A DNA stretch of 32,000 nt, from assembly GCF_000196355.1 (NCBI RefSeq), contig NC_007614.1, forward strand, positions 2,190,001 through 2,222,000, in the 5' to 3' direction. Source of the stretch: Nitrosospira multiformis ATCC 25196. Its GTDB lineage: Bacteria > Pseudomonadota > Gammaproteobacteria > Burkholderiales > Nitrosomonadaceae. Below are positions 20,900 to 30,542 of this stretch, piece by piece. The notes beneath the pieces were generated by a model that was not told where the DNA came from, searched no databases, and saw nothing but the letters and a program-made list of their open reading frames with translations. Positions within the stretch are counted from its first letter, which is position 1; each line of letters begins with the position of its first letter. A program made the translations under genes and the position numbers.

Positions 20900-22048
20900 T
20901 CACGCGGACCCGTCGATGTCCATCTTCCAGACTACCAGCCCCAAGCCCAGCGACACGGCCATCGCACTGATCGTAAAAGTGAGTCCTGCCCCCAGCCAAT
21001 CCCACGAATAACCGCTGAATATGCCCCCAATAGTGCCGCCGAGCCCGAATGTGAGACTGGTGTAGAGGGCTTGCCCCTTCGCCTGGTGGCGCCCACCGAA
21101 GAGCCGATGCACCACCATCATGGCGGTGGCGTGATGCGCCCCGTAGGTTGCGGCATGCAGCACCTGTGCAGAAAATATGACAAACGGCCATTCCACGCCC
21201 CAGCCTATCATCAGGAAGCGTGCTACGGCACAGCTGAAACTGAACACCATGATCTGTTTCATGCGGAATCGGCGCATCAACTGCGGCATCAGGAAAAATA
21301 TGCCGATCTCACAGATAACCCCTGTGGCCCACAGCCAGCCTACGAGACTTTTGCTGTATCCGTACTCGACAAGATAGATCGAATAAAAGGTGTAGTAGGG
21401 GCCGTGCGCAAACACCATCAACAGGCACGCTGCAAAAAAGGCCAGTACTTCTGGCCGCCGGAATATTTGTGGAATGGAATGCTCGGTGGCAGGATGCGTT
21501 GCTGTCCCGACTTCAGGAATCAGTCGTGAAAAAAAGACAATACCGAGCTTGAAGCCAAGGACAGCCCATAGCAGCGAGCTGATGCTGGTCGCATCCAGCA
21601 GATAACCAACCCCGGTTACCGCCAGAATGAATCCTACTGAACCCCACACCCGGATGAGTCCGTATTTTGTGATGTTTTCTCCCAGGTATGAAAGTGTGGT
21701 TGCCTCGATCAACGGCAGGGAAGCGCTCCAGAAAAAACTCATCAGCGCCATGACCACAAACAGCCAGCTATAGGACTCGCCGAGAAAAACGCCACAGTAG
21801 CTGACCAAGCCTGCAATTGCAGCCGAGCGTACAATGAACATTCGCTTGCCGACGTGATCTGCAAGCCAGCCCCATGCAGCCGGGGCAAAGATGCGAGTGA
21901 CATGCAGCAGGGACATGAGCACCCCGATCTGAAAGGAAGCGAAAGAAAGGGATTTGAGGTAAAGGGTCCAGTAAGGAGCAAAGGCGCCAATAAAGGCAAA
22001 ATGGAAGAAATAGAAGCCGGAAAGACGCCAATAGGGGATGGATTGCAT
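20900..22048 (-). CDS. MFS transporter (MFS_1-like / HcaT-type)
   Basis: About 12 hydrophobic segments; 'PYWRLSGFYFFHFAFIGAFAPYWTLYLKSLSFASFQIGVLMSLLHVTRIFAPAAWGWLADHVGKR', 'GSVGFILAVTGVGYLLD'. Confidence 0.88.
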   Translation of the reverse strand: MQSIPYWRLSGFYFFHFAFIGAFAPYWTLYLKSLSFASFQIGVLMSLLHVTRIFAPAAWGWLADHVGKRMFIVRSAAIAGLVSYCGVFLGESYSWLFVVMALMSFFWSASLPLIEATTLSYLGENITKYGLIRVWGSVGFILAVTGVGYLLDATSISSLLWAVLGFKLGIVFFSRLIPEVGTATHPATEHSIPQIFRRPEVLAFFAACLLMVFAHGPYYTFYSIYLVEYGYSKSLVGWLWATGVICEIGIFFLMPQLMRRFRMKQIMVFSFSCAVARFLMIGWGVEWPFVIFSAQVLHAATYGAHHATAMMVVHRLFGGRHQAKGQALYTSLTFGLGGTIGGIFSGYSWDWLGAGLTFTISAMAVSLGLGLVVWKMDIDGSA

Positions 22049-22170
22049 TTATGCGAGTTTACAGGCTATTTGACAGATCATTTAATCAGCCTGTAACGGA
22101 TATGCGGTTTAAAGCATGATGACCGCCTTCGCCGCATGAGGAGGTCAAGCTGTATGCAACCTCATAAAAC

Positions 22171-22198
22171 AAGGGGTGCAGGATACCCTGCACCCCTT
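22171..22198 (-). terminator. Strong GC-rich hairpin, probable terminator for the PRC-barrel gene
   Basis: aaggggtgcagg atac cctgcacccctt, perfect 12-bp stem with 4-nt loop. Minus strand continues GTTTTATG; plus strand continues CTTTACTT. It lies just downstream of the minus-strand CDS ending at 22225. Confidence 0.75.
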
Positions 22199-22224
22199 CT
22201 TTACTTGATACTACCTAACAGTTT

Positions 22225-22776
22225 TTATTTGTGCGTGTGAAAGGTATCGTCGGTTTTGTCTTGCACGTGGTCAGCGCCGACCGGTGCAACCGGAATGATC
22301 CTTTCATTGTTTCGATGGGCAGAGGTCTTATAGTCTTTCCTGGAGGTGGTTTCGTAGTCTGCATCCATGTAAGACTTCGTTCCATAGTAGGAATTGATCG
22401 TGTTCTGCCAGGAGGGATCCGCCATATCCGGCCAGTCATCCTTATCGAATCCCGGTGCGGAGTCGAGGCGTTCCTTATCCACGTTGAGGATGAAGCGCTT
22501 GTTCTCTGTATCGAGCGTCAGCGCGCTCCAGGGCACGGCGAAGAGTTTATCCCCCATTCCCAGAAATCCGCCGAAAGACAGCACGGCATAAGCGATTTTG
22601 CCGTTGTTCATATCGAGCATGATTTCCTTGATGTCGCCAAGATCTTCGTCCTTGGTGTTGTATACATCCTCGCCAATAAGAGTGTCCGCACCCATCAGAC
22701 GGGGCCCCGGGCCCTTCCCTTCCTCCTTGCCATACTTCTTGTACATCCCGTAGGTATCGCGATCTGTATAAGCCAT
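22225..22776 (-). CDS. PRC-barrel domain protein
   Basis: 'LMGADTLIGEDVYNTKDEDLGDIKEIMLDMNNGKIAYAVLSFGGFLGMGDKLFAVPWSAL' is the PRC-barrel signature. AGGAG-type SD precedes the ATG. Confidence 0.9.
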   Translation of the reverse strand: MAYTDRDTYGMYKKYGKEEGKGPGPRLMGADTLIGEDVYNTKDEDLGDIKEIMLDMNNGKIAYAVLSFGGFLGMGDKLFAVPWSALTLDTENKRFILNVDKERLDSAPGFDKDDWPDMADPSWQNTINSYYGTKSYMDADYETTSRKDYKTSAHRNNERIIPVAPVGADHVQDKTDDTFHTHK

Positions 22777-23216
22777 AACTATCTCCTATGAAAGTATGAA
22801 ATTAGTAAATTCTTAAAGGTTACTGCTTGAACTTCCTGTAAGAACTTTTCTGCATTTCACCCTCACCGCTTCGATCCGGCTTGCTGCTTCCTGCCGATGT
22901 GCCGGTCCTTCTCTTCCTCGAAGCGCCTTAGATGTATACAGAATGCTTCAACCTGGAAAGAGGATCAGTGCGGTATCGAACAAAAATTGACTTTTCCACC
23001 AAATCGCACGCAATTCAGGATCATCAGAACTTATATGTCTGAAAGCGTACAGAGTACATCCTTTCTCTTTGAGGAGAATTGCAACTAGAACTCGTCCGCG
23101 CTAAGGGATAAAGAAATGAAGAAGGCAGGAATCGGCCTGTTTACAGGAAAGGAAAGATATTCCTTCCAACTGAAATGAATATCGTCACGATAGATAAATG
23201 TCACCTAGATAAATAA

Positions 23217-24542
23217 ATGATCATGCGGAAAACACTCAACCGACCTGTCGAATTATCGCCATTCCCGACATGGCTTCAACGATATCGTGAAATTCGCAGG
23301 CAGACGCTGAAACTCGTTGAAACACTTGGGCCAGATGATCAGATGGTCCAGTCCATGCCTGACGCAAGCCCCTCCAAGTGGCATCTTGCCCATACCACAT
23401 GGTTCTTCGAGGAATTCATCCTCGCACAGCATTTTCACGGTTATGCCCGTTTCGATGAGCGATTCAGCTTCCTCTTCAACTCGTACTACAAACGGCTGGG
23501 AAAGCATCCGCATCGCTCTATTCGGGGTACGTTTTCCCGTCCCACCCTCGATCAGGTTCGTCTTTATCGTGTCTACGTAGACGATGCCATGGAGGAGTTA
23601 CTCCTGCGTGAAGCTTCAGCCGAAATTTTACGATTGGTCGAACTGGGGTTGAATCATGAGCAGCAACATCAGGAATTGATCGTTACGGATATCAAACATG
23701 CGTTCTGGAGCAATCCCCTGCGGCCCAGTTATCAGCCGGAACGAATACGCGTTGTGGCATCCGCAACGGCTGCTCCACCGTTAAAATGGTATTGTTTTGA
23801 CGAAGGCATCTACCAGATAGGGGATGACGATACCTCCCATTTTGCATTCGACAACGAATTACCGCGGCATCCCACTTATCTCAGTCCCTTCCGCATTGCC
23901 TCCCGCCTTGTAACAAACGAAGAGTACCTGGAGTTTATGGCCGATGATGGTTATGCGCGACCGGAACTATGGCTGTCGGATGGCTGGGACCATGTATGCG
24001 AGCATCAATGGACAGCGCCGCTCTACTGGGAACAGATGGACGATGGCTGGAGCCAATATACCTGTGGCGGCACTGTGCCGCTCGATCCGAGCGAACCGGT
24101 ATGCCACGTAAGCTTTTACGAAGCGGATGCATTCGCGCGTTGGGCGGGCGCCCGGCTGCCAACGGAATCCGAATGGGAAGCTGCTGCGAGATCCAGCAGA
24201 TGCTCGACCATTTTTGCAAACCTGTTTGAAAACGAAAATTATCATCCCACGCCAGCCGTTCATTCCAAATCGCAACAACAGAGCATGCAACAGATGTTGG
24301 GCGATGTATGGGAATGGACCTCAAGCCCTTATTCCGCCTATCCTGGTTACCGTCCGCCAGCAGGGGCAGAAGGGGAATACAACGGGAAATTCATGTGTAA
24401 CCAGCTGGTCCTGCGCGGGGGATCCTGCGTTACACCGCGCTCTCATATACGGGAGTCATACCGCAATTTCTTTCTGCCCCAGAAGCGTTGGCAATTCTCC
24501 GGGATACGTTTGGCTAACGACAGTAATGACAGGACTGCATGA
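23217..24542 (+). CDS. egtB: Ergothioneine biosynthesis sulfoxide synthase EgtB
   Basis: DinB-like iron-binding motifs 'KWHLAHTTWFFEEF' and 'LGLNHEQQHQELIVTDIKHAF' (HxxxHxE). FGE-sulfatase-like C-terminal half 'EFMADDGYARPELWLSDGW...RLPTESEWEAAAR...LGDVWEWTSSPYSAYPGY...VLRGGSCVTP...YRNFFLPQKRWQFSGIRLA'. Confidence 0.93.
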   Translation: MIMRKTLNRPVELSPFPTWLQRYREIRRQTLKLVETLGPDDQMVQSMPDASPSKWHLAHTTWFFEEFILAQHFHGYARFDERFSFLFNSYYKRLGKHPHRSIRGTFSRPTLDQVRLYRVYVDDAMEELLLREASAEILRLVELGLNHEQQHQELIVTDIKHAFWSNPLRPSYQPERIRVVASATAAPPLKWYCFDEGIYQIGDDDTSHFAFDNELPRHPTYLSPFRIASRLVTNEEYLEFMADDGYARPELWLSDGWDHVCEHQWTAPLYWEQMDDGWSQYTCGGTVPLDPSEPVCHVSFYEADAFARWAGARLPTESEWEAAARSSRCSTIFANLFENENYHPTPAVHSKSQQQSMQQMLGDVWEWTSSPYSAYPGYRPPAGAEGEYNGKFMCNQLVLRGGSCVTPRSHIRESYRNFFLPQKRWQFSGIRLANDSNDRTA

Positions 24543-25516
24543 TGATTACATCCAAATCCCTCAACCGGAAATCCATTCCCGCTCCGCTCCCTTCCATCGC
24601 CGAAGATGTACTGGAAGGCCTCTCTCGCACACCCAAGAGTCTACCGCCAAAATTGCTTTATGATGCTACCGGCTCCGACTTGTTTGAACAGATCACCTGT
24701 CTGCCGGAATATTATCCTACTCGAACGGAAGCGGGCATACTGACGGTCCATGCGGAGGAAATATGCAGCCATCTGCGCCGCAATGTCTCGGTCAGCGAGC
24801 TTGGGGCCGGAACCGCGACCAAGACTCGAATTCTGCTGCGTTCTCTTGTGCGGCAGCAATTCGGCGTGAACTACTTTCCGCTCGATGTCTCCGATGCTGC
24901 CTTGCAGTTGGCCAAGGATGAAGTGGAAAGCGAATTGAGCAGGGTGAAAGTTCACCCCCAACTTGGGGATTTCGACAACCTGACATTTCTTGAACATCAG
25001 TCTCCGCCGCGCCTCGTTCTTTATATCGGTTCCAGTATCGGCAATCTGGAAAACGACGCTGCGATCGCCTTGCTGCAGAACATTGCACGAAACCTGTCAA
25101 CCGGAGATAAGCTGCTGCTCGGGGCAGATCTCGTGAAAGACATCAATGTCATGCATGCTGCTTATAACGACGAGGCAGGAGTGACTGCTTTGTTCAATAA
25201 AAATCTTCTTGTCAGGATCAACCGGGAACTGAGCGGGCACTTCGATCCCGAATCGTTTTGCCATATCTCATTCTGGAATGAGGCAGAATCGCGCATTGAA
25301 CTGCATCTCGAAAGCGCTTGCCGCCAAGCGGTCAGGATAGATACGCTTGATATGACATTCCACTTTGACCGGGGTGAACGGATTCATACGGAAAACAGTT
25401 ACAAATACACTGTCGAGCATCTCGAAAACCTGCTCCGCTCTGGTGGTTTCCAGGTCGAGCATACCTGGACAGATCCTGATTCCTGGTTTGCGGTCAGCCT
25501 GGGCGTGATAACATGA
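24539..25516 (+). CDS. egtD: L-histidine N(alpha)-methyltransferase EgtD
   Basis: 'LPPKLLYDATGSDLFEQITCLPEYYPTRTE', SAM motif 'VSELGAGTATKTRILLRSL', 'YFPLDVSDAAL', 'LYIGSSIGNLENDAA'. Overlaps the egtB stop by ATGA. Confidence 0.94.
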   Translation: MMITSKSLNRKSIPAPLPSIAEDVLEGLSRTPKSLPPKLLYDATGSDLFEQITCLPEYYPTRTEAGILTVHAEEICSHLRRNVSVSELGAGTATKTRILLRSLVRQQFGVNYFPLDVSDAALQLAKDEVESELSRVKVHPQLGDFDNLTFLEHQSPPRLVLYIGSSIGNLENDAAIALLQNIARNLSTGDKLLLGADLVKDINVMHAAYNDEAGVTALFNKNLLVRINRELSGHFDPESFCHISFWNEAESRIELHLESACRQAVRIDTLDMTFHFDRGERIHTENSYKYTVEHLENLLRSGGFQVEHTWTDPDSWFAVSLGVIT

Positions 25517-25682
25517 AGAACTGCTCAGGTTTCTGATCCGATTGTACGATTTCCGCTTTCCGGCACCTACGGCATCCGGCCATTCGCTGTATCAGTATCA
25601 ATACTTGCTAGATATAAATAGCAAGATCACGGTAGTACATTCAATAAAGTCTGCGACGGGGAATTGAGAATGAGGAGTAGGG

Positions 25683-26432
25683 ATGTTTGAGTGGCTGACG
25701 AGCCCGGAAGCATGGGTTGCACTGCTGACGCTGACTACGTTGGAAATTGTTTTAGGTATCGACAATATTATCTTCATCTCAATACTGGTAGGACGCCTTC
25801 CTGAAGCCCAGCGAAATTTTGCCAGAAGGATGGGGCTTAGTCTCGCGATGCTGAGTCGGCTTGCTCTATTGTTCTCGATCTCCTGGGTAATGAGCTTGAC
25901 CAAACCCTGGTTTGCAATTTTGGGCAATTCCATTTCAGGGCGCGATATCGTATTGATCGGGGGAGGGCTCTTTCTCCTGTTCAAGGCAACTCATGAAATA
26001 CATAACAGTCTGGAAGGCACGGATAACAGCAGCAGGAACATCTCCGCCACGAGCGTAGGCATGGTCCTGCTACAGATTGCCATCCTAGATATTGTATTCT
26101 CGCTGGATTCCGTCATAACGGCTGTAGGCCTGGTCGACCACATTACATTGATGGCTATTGCCATTATTCTCGCGGTTCTAGTCATGCTACTGGCGGCCAA
26201 ACCAATAGGAGATTTTGTAGAGAAGCATCCGACAATCAAGATCCTTGCCCTTTCCTTCCTGATACTGGTCGGCGTTACCCTCATCGTCGAAGGCTTCGAC
26301 GTTCATGTTCCGAAAGGCTACATCTACTTCGCCATGGCATTCTCGGTCACTGTGGAATTTCTCAACCTTCGATTACGCAAGAAAACAGTGGAACCAGTCA
26401 GGTTGCACCGGCACATAGACAACGTCGATTGA
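25683..26432 (+). CDS. TerC family integral membrane protein
   Basis: 'TLEIVLGIDNIIFISILVGRLPEAQRNFARRMGLSLAM' and 'QIAILDIVFSLDSVITAVGLVDH' carry the duplicated ExxLxxDN / DxxFSxDS-type membrane motifs. Confidence 0.92.
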   Translation: MFEWLTSPEAWVALLTLTTLEIVLGIDNIIFISILVGRLPEAQRNFARRMGLSLAMLSRLALLFSISWVMSLTKPWFAILGNSISGRDIVLIGGGLFLLFKATHEIHNSLEGTDNSSRNISATSVGMVLLQIAILDIVFSLDSVITAVGLVDHITLMAIAIILAVLVMLLAAKPIGDFVEKHPTIKILALSFLILVGVTLIVEGFDVHVPKGYIYFAMAFSVTVEFLNLRLRKKTVEPVRLHRHIDNVD

Positions 26433-26477
26433 TGATGAATCCGGCTTTTCGCCAGCATACCGGCTGAATCTTCCCGC

Positions 26478-28331
26478 ATGCTTGACTGGCAAAACGGACA
26501 ACTGTATTCCACTCGCTTCGGTGACGTCTACTTCTCAAGAGACTCGGGACTGGAAGAAAAACAGTACGTCTTCCTGCAGGGCAACCGGCTTGCGGACCGT
26601 TTTGAGTCCTTGCAGCCTGATACCGCGTTTTCCATTGGAGAAACGGGATTCGGCACAGGATTGAGCTTTTTATGCACTTGGCGGCTATTCATCCAGATTG
26701 CACCCCTTCGGACCAGTCTTGATTTTTTCAGTGTTGAAAAATATCCGCTTGATGAAAAAGAACTGAGCGCAGCGCTCGCGCTTTGGCCCGAACTGGGCCC
26801 ATACGCCGATGAACTTATGCTGCGCTGGCAGCGGCGTGTACCCGGATGGAATCGGTGGAGCTTCGCCGGAGGAAGAGTGCGTCTCACGCTGGCAATAGAG
26901 GACGTGACCCGGGCGCTGCCTGAAACGCACGGTATCGATGCATGGTTTCTTGACGGCTTTTCACCGGCGCGAAACCCGGAAATGTGGACACTCCAGATTT
27001 TTCACTGGATTGCGCGGGCGTCGCGAGCAGGCGCAACCTTTGCGACCTATACCAGTGCCGGCGTTGTTCGTCGCGGTTTGGAACAAGCAGGGTTTCAGGT
27101 CAAAAAAATATCCGGCTTTGGCCATAAGCGTGAAATGCTGCAAGGTGACCTTCCTGGCCCCCCTCCCGTTCGACTGGCTCCCACCACCGCGATCGTTATC
27201 GGAGGGGGAATAGCAGGGTGCGCCGCTGCTTCGGCGCTGGCCAGTCGTGGACTTATAGTTGAACTTCTGGAATCACACACCCTTGGCGCGGGTGCGTCAG
27301 GCAACCCGATTGGTATACTGCACGCCCGCCTGAGTGCAGGAATGAACGCCCTGCACCGCTTTGTGCTGGCATCCTACGGACATGCGCTCGCCTTGCTTGA
27401 CGAAAAAATACCCGTCGATGGCGTCATGCGGAGTGAATGCGGAGAACTGCAGCTGTCATTCTCCGCCGAAGAAGCAAGACGAATCGGGAAGCTTGCGACC
27501 CTCGACTGGCCCGCGCATGTTTTCCGACCAGTAGATGCGGCTGAAGCATCGGCCCTTGCGGGAATTGAGCTTTCATATGGTGGCCTTTGGTTTCCCGGTA
27601 GCGGTTGGCTTGCTCCGCCTCAACTTTGTGTAGCCTTGCTTGGCAGTCAGGCTATCACCCTGTATACCGGTCGCACGGTAAAATCACTTACCCCAACGAG
27701 TCACGGGTGGCGTGTGCAAGCGGAAGATCAGAGGAAGCAAGCGTGGTCTCTGGAGGCCGAGATAGTTGTGGTTTGCACCGGATATCAGGTGAAATCGCTT
27801 CCAGCATTGGCAAATCTGCCGCTAACCCCGGTACGGGGACAGCTTACCTTGATCCCTGCAACAACCGCAAGCCAGAATCTCCGCACCATCGTATGCGGGA
27901 GTGGCTATTTCTCCCCTGCTGTTGCAGGACGACATATGGTGGGAGCAACCCATCGTTTTAACGATACATCGATTAACCTGAATGTATCGGAGCATGCGGA
28001 AAACTTATCCAGACTGCGAGAAATTTCTCCTGTCCTCCGCAGGTTGAGTGACGAGGTAAGTCAAGATATCAGGCAGCTTGAGCAATTGGATGGACGCACA
28101 TCTATCAGGGGGTCTGTTCCAGGCGCCATGCCGCTCGTCGGCGAACTTTTGCCCGGACTGTATACCAGCCTCGGCCATGGAACGCGTGGACTGATTACCG
28201 CGGGAATTTCAGCCGAATTGGTCGCGGCAACCGCCTGCGGGCAACTGCTGCCGTTGCCATTGTCCGTTGTCAATGCGCTCTCGCCTGTCCGAAGAGCTTC
28301 TCCCGCTATTCCGGTTTCAATCAAGGGATAG
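26478..28331 (+). CDS. mnmC: Bifunctional tRNA 5-(methylaminomethyl)-2-thiouridine biosynthesis protein MnmC
   Basis: N-terminal methyltransferase 'FSIGETGFGTGLSFLCTWRLF' and 'WFLDGFSPARNPEMWT'. C-terminal FAD oxidoreductase 'AIVIGGGIAGCAAASALASRGLIVELLE', 'GIRGS/TSIRGSVPGAMPLVG...SLGHGTRGLITAGISAEL'. Confidence 0.92.
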   Translation: MLDWQNGQLYSTRFGDVYFSRDSGLEEKQYVFLQGNRLADRFESLQPDTAFSIGETGFGTGLSFLCTWRLFIQIAPLRTSLDFFSVEKYPLDEKELSAALALWPELGPYADELMLRWQRRVPGWNRWSFAGGRVRLTLAIEDVTRALPETHGIDAWFLDGFSPARNPEMWTLQIFHWIARASRAGATFATYTSAGVVRRGLEQAGFQVKKISGFGHKREMLQGDLPGPPPVRLAPTTAIVIGGGIAGCAAASALASRGLIVELLESHTLGAGASGNPIGILHARLSAGMNALHRFVLASYGHALALLDEKIPVDGVMRSECGELQLSFSAEEARRIGKLATLDWPAHVFRPVDAAEASALAGIELSYGGLWFPGSGWLAPPQLCVALLGSQAITLYTGRTVKSLTPTSHGWRVQAEDQRKQAWSLEAEIVVVCTGYQVKSLPALANLPLTPVRGQLTLIPATTASQNLRTIVCGSGYFSPAVAGRHMVGATHRFNDTSINLNVSEHAENLSRLREISPVLRRLSDEVSQDIRQLEQLDGRTSIRGSVPGAMPLVGELLPGLYTSLGHGTRGLITAGISAELVAATACGQLLPLPLSVVNALSPVRRASPAIPVSIKG

Positions 28332-28521
28332 GGTGTACTAGAGTCCAATGGGCAACGTGGTTGAAAACCAGTAGAATACGCACCCATCTCTCTCGGATAA
28401 TTCACCCTTTACATCTTGGATGCCAGGCCGCTCTGTAAGGGACCGATCCCGGGCTGTTCTACCCGTTGGCAGAGAGAGCAAGTTTTGAACGCTGACAGGA
28501 ACGCTCTCACAGAGGAGTCTT

Positions 28522-28905
28522 ATGAACGCAGAACCCAAGCGCGAGCCGCTAAAAGGCGCGAAGTCCAATCCTCAGACGACGCAGTCACCCGTACCGATCA
28601 GCTGCTGGACGAGCGCTGCAATCGGTATTACCACCTACATATTCGAAGAATCGGAGGAAGCCCTGCGTCAGTCCGGGCTGGTACCTGATTGGCTCGGTTA
28701 TCCCGCGGACCCGGGGCACGGTGTGGCCGTGCCTGCTCATCCCGACTTCCCTAACTATCTGAAGCTCCTGAGGCTGAAAAGCGGCCAGTTACGTCTCATA
28801 ATCGACGTTCGTGCTGTATTGAAAGCAGATGGTCAATTTCAGCGTTTCCTCGGCGGCTTGACAGCCGATGCAAACCTTTCCCTGGTTAAAAGAGAGTCGG
28901 CCTGA
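28522..28905 (+). CDS. Hypothetical protein (127 aa)
   Basis: ATG preceded by AGAGGAG SD ('cacagaggagtcttatg'). Acidic/neutral protein 'IFEESEEALRQSGLVPDWLGYPADPGHGVAVPAHPDFPNYLKLLRLKSGQLRLIIDVRAVL'. Followed by a strong hairpin terminator. Confidence 0.6.
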   Translation: MNAEPKREPLKGAKSNPQTTQSPVPISCWTSAAIGITTYIFEESEEALRQSGLVPDWLGYPADPGHGVAVPAHPDFPNYLKLLRLKSGQLRLIIDVRAVLKADGQFQRFLGGLTADANLSLVKRESA

Positions 28906-28945
28906 TATCGAGGCCCCTCATTCATTCGAAGACTCTCCCCGATAC

Positions 28946-28979
28946 AAAAAAGGTTGGGCAAAACTGCCCAACCTTTTTT
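28946..28979. terminator. Bidirectional rho-independent terminator
   Basis: aaaaaaggttgggca aaac tgcccaacctttttt: perfect 15-bp stem, 4-nt loop, A-run before and T-run after. It lies between the plus-strand CDS ending at 28905 and the minus-strand lipoprotein-like frame ending at 29035. Confidence 0.9.
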
Positions 28980-29034
28980 ATGCGCGGAAAGTACGCATGC
29001 TCCAATCCCTTCGAAATCCCTCACCAAAATTTTC

Positions 29035-29191
29035 TCATGTTTTTTCCTGAGGATCCTGATGCTCTTTCGGGACCTCATGGTCGGGAGTAATGACTTTCCC
29101 GTAGGCCGACGGATAAGGTGCTTCCGGGGTGGAAGGTTTGCAGCCAGCGGCAGCGAACAGCACCAATGCGGCAGCCAGAACTGTGTTTCAT
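29035..29191 (-). pseudogene. Small lipoprotein, apparently frameshifted within the first codons
   Basis: The minus-strand frame reads TVLAAALVLFAAAGCKPSTPEAPYPSAYGKVITPDHEVPKEHQDPQEKT* (lipobox AAGC), but the SD-preceded ATG (29191, 'cggagaacgggtaaATG') is one base out of frame. Removing one A of AAA would give MNTVLAAALVLFAAAGC. Confidence 0.6.
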
Positions 29192-29319
29192 TTACCCGTT
29201 CTCCGTAAGATCCAGACCACCGTTCATGAGAGAACCTGTTGCATTCCGTCCGTTCACAACTTTATACGGCATCAGGTTCTGCATATGTGCCGCAACAAAC
29301 TGTGTAATGATAAAGCGTA

Positions 29320-30000
29320 CTAAACCGGGCTCCCTGTGCGTCTGTTCACGCGTACCGTAAAAATACTCAAAATGCCGATCATGACAAGCGCGAGGACAGT
29401 AGGCTCCGGGACTGTGCCATCGGGCAATTGAGCCGGTATACGATCAAAATAAGTCTGGTTCGCCAACCCCTGGTTACCTACGTTCAGATACCCGGATGCA
29501 ACAAGATCCGAAGAGGAATTGCTTTTTAACCAACTCATGGTCCAATTCGCACCCTGCATGTTGAGTTCATAAGTTTTTCCGTTGACCACAAAATCCTTTA
29601 CGAAGAAAAACCCGTTGAATACGCCATTCTCGAACCGTATGGACGGACCTCCTAAAATATTCGCATCTCCAAATTCGAACTCCAGGGGAGAACTCCCGAA
29701 TTCTATACTGAAGATAGTACTGCTTGATGCGCCGGTAACTTCTGCGAGTGGAATGTTCAGCGTGCCAGTACCACTCCCGGGTATGAGACTTTGATCGAAT
29801 AATACACTGCCGCTGACGCTGCCGGCGGCACAGCCGCTGCATGTATTGGTTCCCTGCAAGCCCAGGCTGTTAGCCAGCCCACCCGTGGCGAGAATCCCCC
29901 CGGAGAAATCGGCAGTTATATAAACCGGTGCAGCCTGAGTAGCCGATACAGCCGCCGCAAAAATTCCCGATACAATTGTGTTGTGAAGAAACTTATTCAT
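29320..30000 (-). CDS. PEP-CTERM sorting domain protein
   Basis: Signal peptide 'MNKFLHNTIVSGIFAAAVSATQAAPVY' and C-terminal 'VPEPTVLALVMIGILSIFTVRVNRR' (PEP motif, TM helix, basic tail). Start set at MNKF (30000). Confidence 0.88.
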   Translation of the reverse strand: MNKFLHNTIVSGIFAAAVSATQAAPVYITADFSGGILATGGLANSLGLQGTNTCSGCAAGSVSGSVLFDQSLIPGSGTGTLNIPLAEVTGASSSTIFSIEFGSSPLEFEFGDANILGGPSIRFENGVFNGFFFVKDFVVNGKTYELNMQGANWTMSWLKSNSSSDLVASGYLNVGNQGLANQTYFDRIPAQLPDGTVPEPTVLALVMIGILSIFTVRVNRRTGSPV

Positions 30001-30542
30001 ACTCCCCCCTGCATATTGAAAAGACAACAGTAGAACCGGACGTCATCTTACTTAAAGCACGCCATATCGCTATTGGACTTCAGTACATCCTGGACTCTGG
30101 TACAAGGGAAACAAGACGCGGGTTCTCGGCTTTATCAAGCAGGGCCGAAAGTGATCAAGGTGCCGAGGGTATGCGATCAGTTCTCAGGAAAGGATGGTGG
30201 GATAAAGGCCAACACGTACCTCGGACTTGCTGCTTCCATTCGAGTACTTTGTTTTTCCTTGCAAAACAGTCTCATTCATCGACCTCCGGCTTTCAGTGGG
30301 AGGGCATGCCGCATCCTATGCAAGCGGTCCTGTGGTTCTGGCAACAGGAGTGCCCTCAGCTGCAGAGTCTCTGGAGTACGGGAAAGGGGATATTACAACG
30401 CACTGCTCCCGAAACCGACTCACTGTTGGATGCGGCTACAGAGGGTGCGGAACCGATTCATGCAGAATTCCTGCACTTCGCACCCTGAAAAGAAAATCGC
30501 CTAGCGCAATAGCACATAGGCGACTGACTATACTACTTGAAC

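Noticed and set aside
28839-29208. Small ORFs (28839-29078 minus, 28954-29208 plus) around the terminator
   Set aside because: They cross the bidirectional terminator and overlap the better-supported lipoprotein frame.
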